Below, one piece after another: positions 50,897 through 61,169 of a stretch of 64,000 nt of DNA. Under the pieces are notes generated by a model. The model was given only the letters and a program-made list of their open reading frames with translations. It had not been told where the DNA came from and made no database searches. The position numbers and the translations under genes are program-made. The first letter of the stretch is position 1. Each line of letters opens with the position of its first letter. Origin of the DNA: Candidatus Latescibacterota bacterium (GTDB lineage Bacteria; Latescibacterota; UBA2968); the NCBI GenBank assembly GCA_965207885.1, contig OZ242311.1, positions 1,248,001-1,312,000 on the forward strand. Direction: 5' to 3'.

Positions 50897-52159
50897 TCAC
50901 GCCGACCACCTCACCAAAAAGTAGCGGCGTTTGCCGCGGCGTATCACCAGATATTTTCCAGCCAGTCTTTCAGACGGCTTTAAGACATGACTCATATCTG
51001 TACAGCGTTCTCCATTAATATAAATAGCGCCGGTCCTGATATCTTCGCGCGCCTGTCGCCTGGACGACGAAATCCGCGCATCCACGAGCAAATCTATCAA
51101 GACCACTTCATCAACACCTTTGAGCGTGTAAGACGGCACATCGCTAAACCCTTCTGCGATCTCCTGTTCATTCAAATCCCGCAAATTGCCGTAAAACAGC
51201 GCCTCGGAAATATGCACGGCGCGATCTTTTGCGGCTGCACCGTGGATAAAAGTCGTCACCTCTTCGGCCAGCACGCGCTGCGCCTCGCGCTTCTCGGGTC
51301 GCGCCTCCACCTCTCGTTCCAATTCCTCTATGCGTTCGCGGCTCAAAAAAGTGAACAACTTCAAAAATTTCACCACATCGCGATCCGCTGCATTCACCCA
51401 AAACTGATAAAATTGATAGGGCGATGTCTTCTCGGGATCGAGCCATAACGTACCCGTCTCGGTCTTGCCAAACTTTGTCCCATCCGATTTTTCCAGCAAC
51501 GGGAAAGTCAACCCATACACAGTCTTATTGAGCACGCGCCGACACAACTCTATGCCCGCTGTAATATTGCCCCACTGATCGCTACCCCCGATCTGAAGCT
51601 CACAGCCATACTTTCTGTTCAACGCCATAAAATCATACGCCTGCAAAACCATATAACTAAATTCGGTAAACGAAATCCCGGTTGAAAGACGCGACGACAC
51701 CGACTCTTTGCCCAGCATATATCCCATTGAAAAGTGTTTGCCCACATCGCGCAAAAATTCAATCGTACGCAACTCCGAAAGCCAGGTATAATTGCTCACC
51801 ATCAGCGCCGGATTGTCCCTGGTCTCAAAATCCAGATACTTTTCCAATTGCGCGCGCTGGCACTCCGTATATGCCTGCACTACCTCCAGTGAATTCAACT
51901 GTCGCTCTTCTGCTTTCCCACTCGGATCGCCGATCAATCCCGTGCCCCCGCCCACGAGTGCAATGGGCTTGTGCCCCGCATCCTGAAAGCGACGCAATCC
52001 CATAATGGGAACCAGACTGCCCGCATGCAGACTATCGGCTGTGGGGTCAAATCCGCAATACAACGTCATCTGCCCCTCTGCCAAACGCCTGCGGAGCTTA
52101 TCCTCATCTGTCATCTGAAAAATATAGCCACGAAATGCCAAATCGTCTAACACATCCAC
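50897..52159 (-). CDS. tyrS: Tyrosine--tRNA ligase
   Basis: YCGFDPTADSLHAG, QIGGSDQWGN, KFGKT and a C-terminal S4 domain. Confidence 0.97.
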   Translation of the reverse strand: MDVLDDLAFRGYIFQMTDEDKLRRRLAEGQMTLYCGFDPTADSLHAGSLVPIMGLRRFQDAGHKPIALVGGGTGLIGDPSGKAEERQLNSLEVVQAYTECQRAQLEKYLDFETRDNPALMVSNYTWLSELRTIEFLRDVGKHFSMGYMLGKESVSSRLSTGISFTEFSYMVLQAYDFMALNRKYGCELQIGGSDQWGNITAGIELCRRVLNKTVYGLTFPLLEKSDGTKFGKTETGTLWLDPEKTSPYQFYQFWVNAADRDVVKFLKLFTFLSRERIEELEREVEARPEKREAQRVLAEEVTTFIHGAAAKDRAVHISEALFYGNLRDLNEQEIAEGFSDVPSYTLKGVDEVVLIDLLVDARISSSRRQAREDIRTGAIYINGERCTDMSHVLKPSERLAGKYLVIRRGKRRYFLVRWSA

Positions 52160-52180
52160 GTTTTTATCTCCATATTCATA

Positions 52181-52786
52181 TCACGCCTTTGCGCGCGCCA
52201 AAAAATCTCGTACTTTTTTGTAATCCTTCTTCCCCGGCTCGGCTTCTACGCCACTACTCGTATCCACCGCATAGGGACCAACTCGCTCAATCGCCTCCTG
52301 AACATTATCCGGATTTAACCCACCAGCAAGAATAATGCGCCCATACTCTTTTGCCTCCACCGCCTTTGTCCAGTCAAATATCTCCCCCGTACCGCCGTAA
52401 AAACCCGCTCTCTCTGTATCCAATAAGAATGTATTGACCAGATACGACCCCATCGTCTGCACATCAAAATCGCGTCCCACGCGAAGCGCGCGAATCACCG
52501 GCACCGCATGCCCCAGACATGCTTCGGGAGGCTCATCCCCGTGCAATTGAATCGCCCGAAGCCCCGCCAACTTCACGGCAACGTCAATCTCTCGTTCCGA
52601 TGCATTCACAAACACCCCTACGGGAGTCACAAATGGCGGCAAATCAAAAACAATTTCTCCGGCTTTCTCGGGCGCAATATAGCGAAGGCTCTTCTCGTAA
52701 AAATTAAACCCCAGGGCATCTGCACCGTGATCAACCGCACACAACGCATCATCCCGATTTGTAACACCGCAAATTTTAGCTCGCAT
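52181..52786 (-). CDS. trpF: Phosphoribosylanthranilate isomerase
   Basis: KICG, QLHGDE, GGTG..FDW, LAGGL and DTSSGVE..PGKKD motifs. Confidence 0.95.
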   Translation of the reverse strand: MRAKICGVTNRDDALCAVDHGADALGFNFYEKSLRYIAPEKAGEIVFDLPPFVTPVGVFVNASEREIDVAVKLAGLRAIQLHGDEPPEACLGHAVPVIRALRVGRDFDVQTMGSYLVNTFLLDTERAGFYGGTGEIFDWTKAVEAKEYGRIILAGGLNPDNVQEAIERVGPYAVDTSSGVEAEPGKKDYKKVRDFLARAKA

Positions 52787-53567
52787 GCCCTATCAACTCC
52801 TGCAACCTGGCGGCAATATCCGGTTCGCGCATCAAACTTTCGCCCACCAGCACGGCATCTGCGCCCGCATCTCGAAGCGCGACAACATCCTCCCGCGTAT
52901 AAATACCGCTCTCACTCACCTTCAACACATCATCGGGAATATGATCAATCAACCCATAAGTCGTATCCAGAGACGTATCAAAAGTCTTCAAATTCCGATT
53001 GTTAATCCCAACAACCTCTGCCCCAGCATCGAGCGCGACCATCAGTTCTTCTCTCTCGTGTACCTCCACCAGCGCATCCAGACCCAGCGCACGGCTCGTC
53101 GCTATAAATGAGGACAATTCTTCAGGCGTTAAAATCGACACAATCAACAACACAGCCGAAGCCCCAATCGCGCGCGCCTCGTAAATCTGATAGGGATCAA
53201 TCGTGAAATCCTTTCGCAAAATGGGCCGATCAACAACTGTTGAAATCTGAGTCAAATAATCTGCCGACCCCTGAAAAAATTTCTCATCCGTCAATACCGA
53301 AATCGCCGAAGCTCCATTTTCCACATAAATTTTCGCAATGCCCACTGCGTCAAAATCCCCGCGTATCACACCCTTAGAGGGCGATGCCTTTTTTACCTCG
53401 GCGATCACAGCAATATCATCCCCATCTACCAGCCCATCAAAAAACGAAGGCGGTTCCGGCGCCTCCTCGGCCAACTGCGCCATCTCCTCAAACGGCGTCT
53501 GCGCCATACACCTGGCGAGAAACCTGCGTTTATACGCCACAATTTTGTCGAGAATATTGCCGGCCAT
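52776..53567 (-). CDS. trpC: Indole-3-glycerol phosphate synthase
   Basis: IAEVKKASPSKG, SVLTD, LRKDF, GINNRNL and SESGI motifs. Confidence 0.96.
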   Translation of the reverse strand: MAGNILDKIVAYKRRFLARCMAQTPFEEMAQLAEEAPEPPSFFDGLVDGDDIAVIAEVKKASPSKGVIRGDFDAVGIAKIYVENGASAISVLTDEKFFQGSADYLTQISTVVDRPILRKDFTIDPYQIYEARAIGASAVLLIVSILTPEELSSFIATSRALGLDALVEVHEREELMVALDAGAEVVGINNRNLKTFDTSLDTTYGLIDHIPDDVLKVSESGIYTREDVVALRDAGADAVLVGESLMREPDIAARLQELIGHAS

Positions 53568-53592
53568 AAAATCCCACCATCCTCAGACGGTG

Positions 53593-54657
53593 CTAAAGCC
53601 AAGACCGCGGATCGGGAACGGACACCCATCCATTTTCGCGTACTGACTGCAACCCCGCAATACCGGGCAGTGTCATATCCAGCGCCTGCATCAAATCTAC
53701 CGGCGGTGGCGATCCATTCGCAACCGCCCGCACAAAATCCAGAACAATGAGCATACTCGTTTTGCCGTGCCCTGCACCGAGCGCGCTCGAAAACTGGGGC
53801 AACTCGGGATGGTGGCATTCTTCGCGCGTCACCTGCTCCTTATTCCCCACCGAATAATAACACACCGTTCGGGCTTCGCGAAATCGCCCCGTCTCTAAAG
53901 AACCCTCATCGCCATAAAAACTCAAGAAATGGCTCATCCCATGCACATTCTGAAACGAATTGGTCAACCTGAACACCGCACCTTCTTCGGTTCGAAACAA
54001 AGCCGTCTGTACCCAATCTGCTTCATACCCTTCTAAAAACTCATCTCTTCCTGAAGCCGAAACAGCCATGACCTCAACCAGACGATCGCCCGTCATATTC
54101 AAATACGGCGACGTCCCATGTGTCGGATAAAGAAGGGGTTGTAAACTATTCCGCCAGGTCGGCCGCCTATCGGGATGTCGCCTCAACGCTTTTAGACCGT
54201 GAATATACTCGGCTTCGGCATAGTAAATACGCCCCAGCTTCCGCGCTTCATAAAGCGACCTGGCGCGCACCACACTGGGTTCATAGACCCAATTCTCAGC
54301 CATCATATAAATGCGGTCACTTTTTGAAATAACCTCGACCAGCACCCTTGCCTCATCCATAGTCAGCGCAGCGGGCACGGCACACAAAACGTGCTTACCG
54401 GCCCGGATCGCTCGAATCACCTGTTCTGCATGAAGCGGCGCGGGAGTAAAAATAGCCACCGCATCAATCCGTTCATCAGCGACCAGATCATCAAAAGCCG
54501 CATAACAAACATCGACACCCAACTGCTCTTTTGCCTCGTCCAGTTTCTCCTGCTGGATGTCACAAACAGCGACCAACTCAGTCTCGGCATACGCATCAAA
54601 CACCCGTGCCCAGGACATGCCAAATCGCAAACCAGCAACACCTACAGAAAGAGCCAT
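53593..54657 (-). CDS. Gfo/Idh/MocA family oxidoreductase
   Basis: VGVAGL.FG, TP..LH, AGKHVLCAVP, YMMAEN and YPTH motifs. Confidence 0.88.
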   Translation of the reverse strand: MALSVGVAGLRFGMSWARVFDAYAETELVAVCDIQQEKLDEAKEQLGVDVCYAAFDDLVADERIDAVAIFTPAPLHAEQVIRAIRAGKHVLCAVPAALTMDEARVLVEVISKSDRIYMMAENWVYEPSVVRARSLYEARKLGRIYYAEAEYIHGLKALRRHPDRRPTWRNSLQPLLYPTHGTSPYLNMTGDRLVEVMAVSASGRDEFLEGYEADWVQTALFRTEEGAVFRLTNSFQNVHGMSHFLSFYGDEGSLETGRFREARTVCYYSVGNKEQVTREECHHPELPQFSSALGAGHGKTSMLIVLDFVRAVANGSPPPVDLMQALDMTLPGIAGLQSVRENGWVSVPDPRSWL

Positions 54658-54680
54658 TTTACCTCACTTCATCTCCAGAA

Positions 54681-55694
54681 TCATTCCTGACTCGCCGCGA
54701 CCAAAGCGTCCAACTTCTCCAACGCCTTGCCCGAGTCAATCACTTCAGCGGCGACCTGCACACCTTCGTTCAAATCACGCGCCTTATCGCCCGTCACAAT
54801 TGCCGCTGCCGCATTCAACAGCACAATATCGCGTTGAGGACCTTCCTCCCCATTCAGAATCGACCGCGTAATCTCCGCATTATAATCGGCATCTCCACCT
54901 TTTAGCGCATCGGCTGGCGCCTGCGCCAGCCCAAAGTCCCCAGGTGATACATCATACGTCGAAACCGATCCATTTTTCAATTCGCTCACCCTCGTCGGAC
55001 CCGTCAGCGTCATCTCATCCAAACCATCCGAACCGTGAACGACAAACGCGCGCTCCGCCCCCAGGGTCGCCAAAACACCTGCGAGTGTCTCGGTCAATGC
55101 CGCGCTGTACACACCGACCACCTGCCGCGTTGCACCCGCCGGATTGCTCAGCGGTCCCAGCGCATTGAAAATTGTCCGCGCACCAATTTCCCGACGCGGC
55201 CCAATCGCGTATTTCATCGCCCCATGCAACGAAATGGCAAACAAAAACCCAATCCCCACATCGTCCAGACACCTGCTCATCGTCTCGGGCGATGCCTCAA
55301 TACTCACACCCAATGCACTCAGCACATCCGCGCTACCACTTTGACTCGTTGCCGCGCGATTGCCGTGTTTGGCCACACACAAACCCGCCCCAGCCGCGAC
55401 AAATGCCGCAGTTGTCGAAATATTAAACGTGCCCGAATGATCGCCCCCCGTACCACATGTATCGACAATCACATCGTGCTTTGTCGCAATAGGCGTTGCC
55501 TTCTCGCGCATCACAGACGCGGCCCCGGCAATCTCATCAACACACTCGCCCTTCACGCGCAACGCAATCAAAAACGCGCCGATCTGTGCATCCGTCGCCT
55601 CGCCCGACATAATCTGATTCATCACATCCGTCATCTCATCCCGGCTCAAATCCGCACCTTCGATCACTTTTGCAATCGCCTCTTGTATGTTCAT
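54681..55694 (-). CDS. trpD: Anthranilate phosphoribosyltransferase
   Basis: DTCGTGGD, FNISTT, KHGNR, SGSAD and GLDE motifs. Confidence 0.96.
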   Translation of the reverse strand: MNIQEAIAKVIEGADLSRDEMTDVMNQIMSGEATDAQIGAFLIALRVKGECVDEIAGAASVMREKATPIATKHDVIVDTCGTGGDHSGTFNISTTAAFVAAGAGLCVAKHGNRAATSQSGSADVLSALGVSIEASPETMSRCLDDVGIGFLFAISLHGAMKYAIGPRREIGARTIFNALGPLSNPAGATRQVVGVYSAALTETLAGVLATLGAERAFVVHGSDGLDEMTLTGPTRVSELKNGSVSTYDVSPGDFGLAQAPADALKGGDADYNAEITRSILNGEEGPQRDIVLLNAAAAIVTGDKARDLNEGVQVAAEVIDSGKALEKLDALVAASQE

Positions 55695-55716
55695 ACTCAT
55701 CTCCTCAGCTAACAAA

Positions 55717-56280
55717 TCATGCATCGAGAAAATTTTGCAGCAAATTCTTGCCTTCACCCGTCAAAATCGATTCCGGATGAAACTGCACGCCATCCACCGC
55801 CATATCTCGATGGCGCAAACCCATAATCACGCCATCATCGGTCTCTGCCGTAATTTCCAGACAAACGGGCAAACTCTCTCGCTCGACCACCAGCGAATGG
55901 TAGCGCGTGGCAATAAACGGCTCAGGTAATCCCTCAAAAATAGACTTCCTCGTATGATGAATTTCCGACACCTTCCCGTGCATAATCGTCGGCGCGCCCA
56001 CAATTTTTCCACCAAATGCCTGCCCGATGGACTGATGCCCCAGACAAACCCCTAAAATCGGAATTTCCCCCGCAAAATGCTGCACCAAAGCCACGGAAAT
56101 TCCCGCTTCGTTTGGCGTACACGGCCCCGGAGAAATCACGATCTTCTCAGGTGCGATATCCGCAATCTCTTCAAGTGAGATTTGATCATTGCGATACACC
56201 ACCAGATCCGCACCCAGTTCGCCGAGATATTGAACGAGGTTATAAGTAAAAGAATCGTAGTTATCAATGACGAGAATCAC
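55717..56280 (-). CDS. trpG: Anthranilate synthase component II (glutamine amidotransferase)
   Basis: [26 protein letters not shown] and QFHPES motifs. Confidence 0.95.
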   Translation of the reverse strand: MILVIDNYDSFTYNLVQYLGELGADLVVYRNDQISLEEIADIAPEKIVISPGPCTPNEAGISVALVQHFAGEIPILGVCLGHQSIGQAFGGKIVGAPTIMHGKVSEIHHTRKSIFEGLPEPFIATRYHSLVVERESLPVCLEITAETDDGVIMGLRHRDMAVDGVQFHPESILTGEGKNLLQNFLDA

Positions 56281-57752
56281 AACAACACTCCTCTTTCAGC
56301 CATTTCCACCGCCCGAAACAGTGCCCGCGCTTTGTTCACGGTCTCCTGATATTCGTATTCCGGCTCTGAATCAAACACCACACCACCTCCTGCCTGCACA
56401 TACGCTTTGCCATTCTTAATCACCAGCGTGCGAATGGCAATACACGTATCCATATTGCCCGCAAAATCGATATAACCCACCGCACCGGCATAAGGCCCGC
56501 GGCGCGTAGGTTCCATCTCGTCGATAATCTCCATCGCCCGAATTTTTGGCGCGCCCGACACCGTACCAGCCGGATAACATGCAAAAAGCGCGTCCAGCGC
56601 ATCGACACCCTCGTGCAATTCCCCGCACACATTCGAAACGATATGCATCACATGAGAATAGCGTTCAATCGCCATCTGCTCGGTCACGCGCACCGTATCA
56701 AACCTGGAAACGCGCCCCACATCATTGCGCCCCAGATCCACCAGCATAATATGCTCGGCGCGTTCTTTTTCATCTGCCAACAACTCCTGTGACAGCACCT
56801 GATCCTCTGCCTCTGTTTTGCCGCGCCACCGCGTCCCCGCAATAGGTCGCACCTGCACCACCCCGTCCTCTACCCTGACGAGCAACTCGGGCGACGCGCC
56901 CACGAGTTGATGATCTTTCAAATCGACGTGAAACATATAAGGCGACGGATTCACCGTCCGCAACGCCCGATAAATATCCAGTGCATCCACCGTCACATCC
57001 ATTGCAAAGCGCTGCGAAGGCACCACCTGGAAAATATCACCTGCCACAATGTATTCCCTGCAATGCGCCACCACATCCATATACGCTTCTTTGCTCGTAT
57101 TTGAAGTCACGACACACGAACTCGTGCCCGGTTTCAGAGACACATCCACCGGTTGCGCCAGTACCTCAATAAGTGTATCGATCCGTTTGACTGCATCCTC
57201 GTAATTCGCCTCCAAATCTCCCTCTGTATGCACATTGGCCATCACATGCACTTTGTGCGTCACATTGTCAAACGCCAGCACCGAATCGTAAAAGGAAAAA
57301 AATATATCGTCAAAACCGAGATCGTCTTCAACCGTCTCGGGAATGCGCTCAATCAAACGCACGGCATCGTAACTCACATAGCCCACAGCACCGCCTGTAA
57401 ATCGAGGCAACCCCTCCACAGGTTGCGAATGGTATTTTTTTAACAACCCACGCAATACCTCAATAGGCTCCCCGTCAAATAGTCGCAGCTCACCCGTCGT
57501 CGCATGTTCAATCGAAATTTTTGTTCCGCGCGAACGAAAAACCAGAAACGGATCCACGCCTAAAAACGAATACCGCCCAATCTGCTCGCCGCCCACCACG
57601 CTTTCAAACAAAAACGCATGCGATGATCTGGCGCGAATTTTCAAATAAGCCGAAACAGGCGTCTCCGTATCCGCGAGTAGTTCTCTTGAAATGGGAACGA
57701 GACCACAGTCTTTGCTCATCTTCTTCACAGTTTTGAGATCGGGTTGAATCAC
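56277..57752 (-). CDS. trpE: Anthranilate synthase component I
   Basis: [32 protein letters not shown] and [11 protein letters not shown] motifs; GTG start after AAGGA. Confidence 0.95.
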   Translation of the reverse strand: MIQPDLKTVKKMSKDCGLVPISRELLADTETPVSAYLKIRARSSHAFLFESVVGGEQIGRYSFLGVDPFLVFRSRGTKISIEHATTGELRLFDGEPIEVLRGLLKKYHSQPVEGLPRFTGGAVGYVSYDAVRLIERIPETVEDDLGFDDIFFSFYDSVLAFDNVTHKVHVMANVHTEGDLEANYEDAVKRIDTLIEVLAQPVDVSLKPGTSSCVVTSNTSKEAYMDVVAHCREYIVAGDIFQVVPSQRFAMDVTVDALDIYRALRTVNPSPYMFHVDLKDHQLVGASPELLVRVEDGVVQVRPIAGTRWRGKTEAEDQVLSQELLADEKERAEHIMLVDLGRNDVGRVSRFDTVRVTEQMAIERYSHVMHIVSNVCGELHEGVDALDALFACYPAGTVSGAPKIRAMEIIDEMEPTRRGPYAGAVGYIDFAGNMDTCIAIRTLVIKNGKAYVQAGGGVVFDSEPEYEYQETVNKARALFRAVEMAERGVLL

Positions 57753-57768
57753 TGGAAAATCCTTAAAG

Positions 57769-57805
57769 AAAATAAAAAAGGTCGTGAGCAGTTTGCCCAC
57801 GACCT
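57769..57805 (-). terminator. Intrinsic (attenuator) terminator upstream of trpE
   Basis: RNA AGGUCGUGGGC-AAACU-GCUCACGACCU (11 bp, one G-U pair) followed by UUUUUAUUUU. Confidence 0.85.
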
Positions 57806-57832
57806 CGTACTTTTATTTTCATACCAAAACAC

Positions 57833-57934
57833 TCAACACGCAGGACAAACCACACTCTTGGACGGGCGGCAATAATAATATCGACCGTCAAATCGACGCC
57901 AAAAATACCAGAAGTAGGTCGCAAAAGCGTTCAT
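57833..57934 (-). CDS. Attenuator leader peptide rich in Tyr, Phe and Trp (33 aa)
   Basis: Not in the ORF track. MNAFATYFWYFWRRFDGRYYYCRPSKSVVCPAC*; AAGGA RBS; stop codon about 27 nt before the terminator. Confidence 0.85.
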   Translation of the reverse strand: MNAFATYFWYFWRRFDGRYYYCRPSKSVVCPAC

Positions 57935-57975
57935 CACATCAAATTCCTTAAACCAGAGTTATATCGGACGCGCCA

Positions 57976-58003
57976 AAGATAACAAATTCTAAAACAGTGT
58001 CAA
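57976..58003 (-). promoter_or_regulatory. Putative sigma70 promoter of the leader and aromatic operon
   Basis: TTGACA-N16-TATCTT with an extended TG. Confidence 0.55.
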
Positions 58004-58012
58004 GAGGGAAGT

Positions 58013-58783
<771 letters not shown>

Positions 58784-58803
58784 AAAACACCTCACAATCA
58801 GAT

Positions 58804-59475
58804 TTAAACTTCCAACGACATCGCATCAACCGGCTCCATCTTGGCAGCGCGATAGGCCGGCAAAATACCGCCAACCAGCGACAAAACAGAACCAATAACA
58901 ATAGCTTTAACACCATCTTCAAGAATTTGAGCCAGAGGAAGATGATCGAAAATCACCGTGCCAAAACTCGACATATTGAGCAATGCAGTCAGCAAAAACC
59001 CAATGATCACGCCAATAACCGTGCCTGCTGTACCCATAAACGTCGATTCGAGAATAAACAGCTTAATAATAAATCCGTCCAGGGCGCCCATACATTTCAT
59101 GGTGCCAATCTCGCGGAACCGCTCGGTAACAGACATCAGCATAGCATTGGCAATACCCACCAAACACACGAGCAGTGACAACACCACCAGCCATGCATCC
59201 TTCGACCGTTGCTGCATTGCGGCGGCACTGTCGGGATCAATTTCAACGCCCTTTTGTTGCAAGATCAAATTGATCTTGGGATCGCCAGCACCCATCAAAC
59301 CATCAATAATGGAATTGCCCGCCCAAATCGACATCAAAAAAGCGATAGCAAGCACAATACCACTCACCGTAATCAAAGATCGGCCAAATCGAATCTTAAC
59401 GCTATTAAAACTGATCTCAACCGCTTTGGAAAGCGGAAGAGATATCTGGGTATTGAGTTCGTGCTGCTGTGCCAT
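58804..59475 (-). CDS. FtsX-like ABC permease (short)
   Basis: NAMLMSVTERFREIGTMKCMGA and PAYRAAKMEPVDAM motifs. Confidence 0.88.
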   Translation of the reverse strand: MAQQHELNTQISLPLSKAVEISFNSVKIRFGRSLITVSGIVLAIAFLMSIWAGNSIIDGLMGAGDPKINLILQQKGVEIDPDSAAAMQQRSKDAWLVVLSLLVCLVGIANAMLMSVTERFREIGTMKCMGALDGFIIKLFILESTFMGTAGTVIGVIIGFLLTALLNMSSFGTVIFDHLPLAQILEDGVKAIVIGSVLSLVGGILPAYRAAKMEPVDAMSLEV

Positions 59476-59560
59476 AAACGCCTCCAGTTACAAAAGAACT
59501 ACACTAATCGGTGTTCAACATAAACGCCATGTGCCCCTCTGTCAAGCCAAAATACCAGAC

Positions 59561-60280
59561 TTATTTATTATCGGCGTTGGTCTTTTTTCGCAAAAAATAG
59601 AATGTCAACAATTGCTTGAGAAACAAATAGTACTCAGTCCAGTTCAACTTGCTGCTGCTGTATTGCCGGTTGCGAAACACAAAGGGGACCTCTATAAAAG
59701 ACTCATAATGCCCCTTGACCAGAATCTCCAGTAAAATTTTATACCCCGGCGAAGTCAATGCCATGTCTTTAATAACGCGCCGATGCAAGAAAAAATAGCC
59801 CGCCAGCGGGTCTTGCACACCGGTTAATTGCCGCGCGAGAAATACCCCCAATTGAGAAATAAACCTGCGGTACCAGGCCCATTTTTCGACGTGACTCTCC
59901 GAATCAAACCGGCTACCAATAGCCAGATCGTGATCCCGCAACCCGTAAATGAGCTGAGGCAAAACAATGGGATCGTGGCTCAAATCGGCGTCAATCACCC
60001 CCAGGAGATCCCGCTCTGCCCGCTCAAAACCGGCCATCACAGCACTGCCCAATCCCAATTTCCCGGCGCGGTGAACCACCTGCACCGGATAGCGCTCCAC
60101 GAGTGATTCGGCCACCTCTCCCGTGCCATCGGGCGAATTGTCATCAACCACAATTAATTCGAGATCGATGTCGGGATGGTCTTTCAGAACGTCGAATATT
60201 TCTTCGGCCAATAAAGAAATGTTCTCGCGCTCGTTATAGGTGGGTGTAATCAGAGAAATACGGAGTATATTATCAGACAT
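59561..60280 (-). CDS. GT2 polyprenol-phosphate mannosyltransferase-like glycosyltransferase
   Basis: PTYNERENI, VDDNSPDGT, DADLSH and GYKILLE motifs. Confidence 0.9.
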   Translation of the reverse strand: MSDNILRISLITPTYNERENISLLAEEIFDVLKDHPDIDLELIVVDDNSPDGTGEVAESLVERYPVQVVHRAGKLGLGSAVMAGFERAERDLLGVIDADLSHDPIVLPQLIYGLRDHDLAIGSRFDSESHVEKWAWYRRFISQLGVFLARQLTGVQDPLAGYFFLHRRVIKDMALTSPGYKILLEILVKGHYESFIEVPFVFRNRQYSSSKLNWTEYYLFLKQLLTFYFLRKKTNADNK

Positions 60281-61169
60281 AGGTATTAACAATCCTGTGA
60301 AAGACGCTCTTTAATTGCCTCAAATTATGCTCAAAAGAGGCAGGTACAATATCACATAATGTTCCGGCAAGGGCGGTTGTCAACCCGGCTCGCAACGGGC
60401 GCTGTGCGAGCTGTCCAAATTCTGCGGACGTCATGGAAGATACCAGTGAAAAGTCAAGCTCCATCACAGCACAAATCCGTTCGACCATTTCAAAGCGCGT
60501 CAAAAAATCCGCCCCGCCAAAATGCACCACACCGCGGAAGTCAGTGCGGCACAGTTGAAAAATAAATGCGGCGAGTTCATCGACAAAAGTCGGATTTGTC
60601 CACTCGTCTATCACCACGCGAATCGCCTCGCGTCCTGCCAGCGATGAAATGGCCCAGGTCACAAAATTGGGCCGACAAGACGGGCGAAAACCGTACAATA
60701 CCGCCGTTCGCACCACAATGCCGGGGCAAAGTGCGTTCAGCAGAACAACTTCGCTTTCTAACTTGGTCTGCCCATACACATTCACCGGATGTACTTCATC
60801 GCCCTCGGCATAAGGCCCTTTCTCTCCATCAAACACATAATTGGTCGATAAGTTCACCAGACCGCATCCAACCCGTTCACACGCTTGAACCAAATTGCGC
60901 GTTCCATCGACGTGTATCGCATGCGCAAGCGCGGGATTGCGCTCGCATCCATCAACGCTTGTCATAGCTGCCGAATTGATCACCCACCGGGGGCGTACCT
61001 GTGCCACCACCTCGTGTACCAAATCGGGCCGTGTCAAATCTACGACGAGATGACCTTTTTCACCGTTGCGGGATGCGGGTACTCGCTCCCAATCACTGCG
61101 GGATGCATCGCAAAGCGCATGCCCCAAAAAGCCCGATGCGCCGATAATGAGCAACCGATTATTAGCCAT
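60273..61169 (-). CDS. RmlD-like SDR (dTDP-4-dehydrorhamnose reductase family)
   Basis: GASGFLG, STNYVFDG, YGQTK and NPT motifs. Confidence 0.88.
   Translation of the reverse strand: MANNRLLIIGASGFLGHALCDASRSDWERVPASRNGEKGHLVVDLTRPDLVHEVVAQVRPRWVINSAAMTSVDGCERNPALAHAIHVDGTRNLVQACERVGCGLVNLSTNYVFDGEKGPYAEGDEVHPVNVYGQTKLESEVVLLNALCPGIVVRTAVLYGFRPSCRPNFVTWAISSLAGREAIRVVIDEWTNPTFVDELAAFIFQLCRTDFRGVVHFGGADFLTRFEMVERICAVMELDFSLVSSMTSAEFGQLAQRPLRAGLTTALAGTLCDIVPASFEHNLRQLKSVFHRIVNTYV

Noticed and set aside
57753-57960. T-box riboswitch or TRAP site controlling trpE/tyrS
   Set aside because: There is no T-box consensus (AGGGUGGNACCGCG) and no (G/U)AG repeat array. The leader peptide explains the region better.
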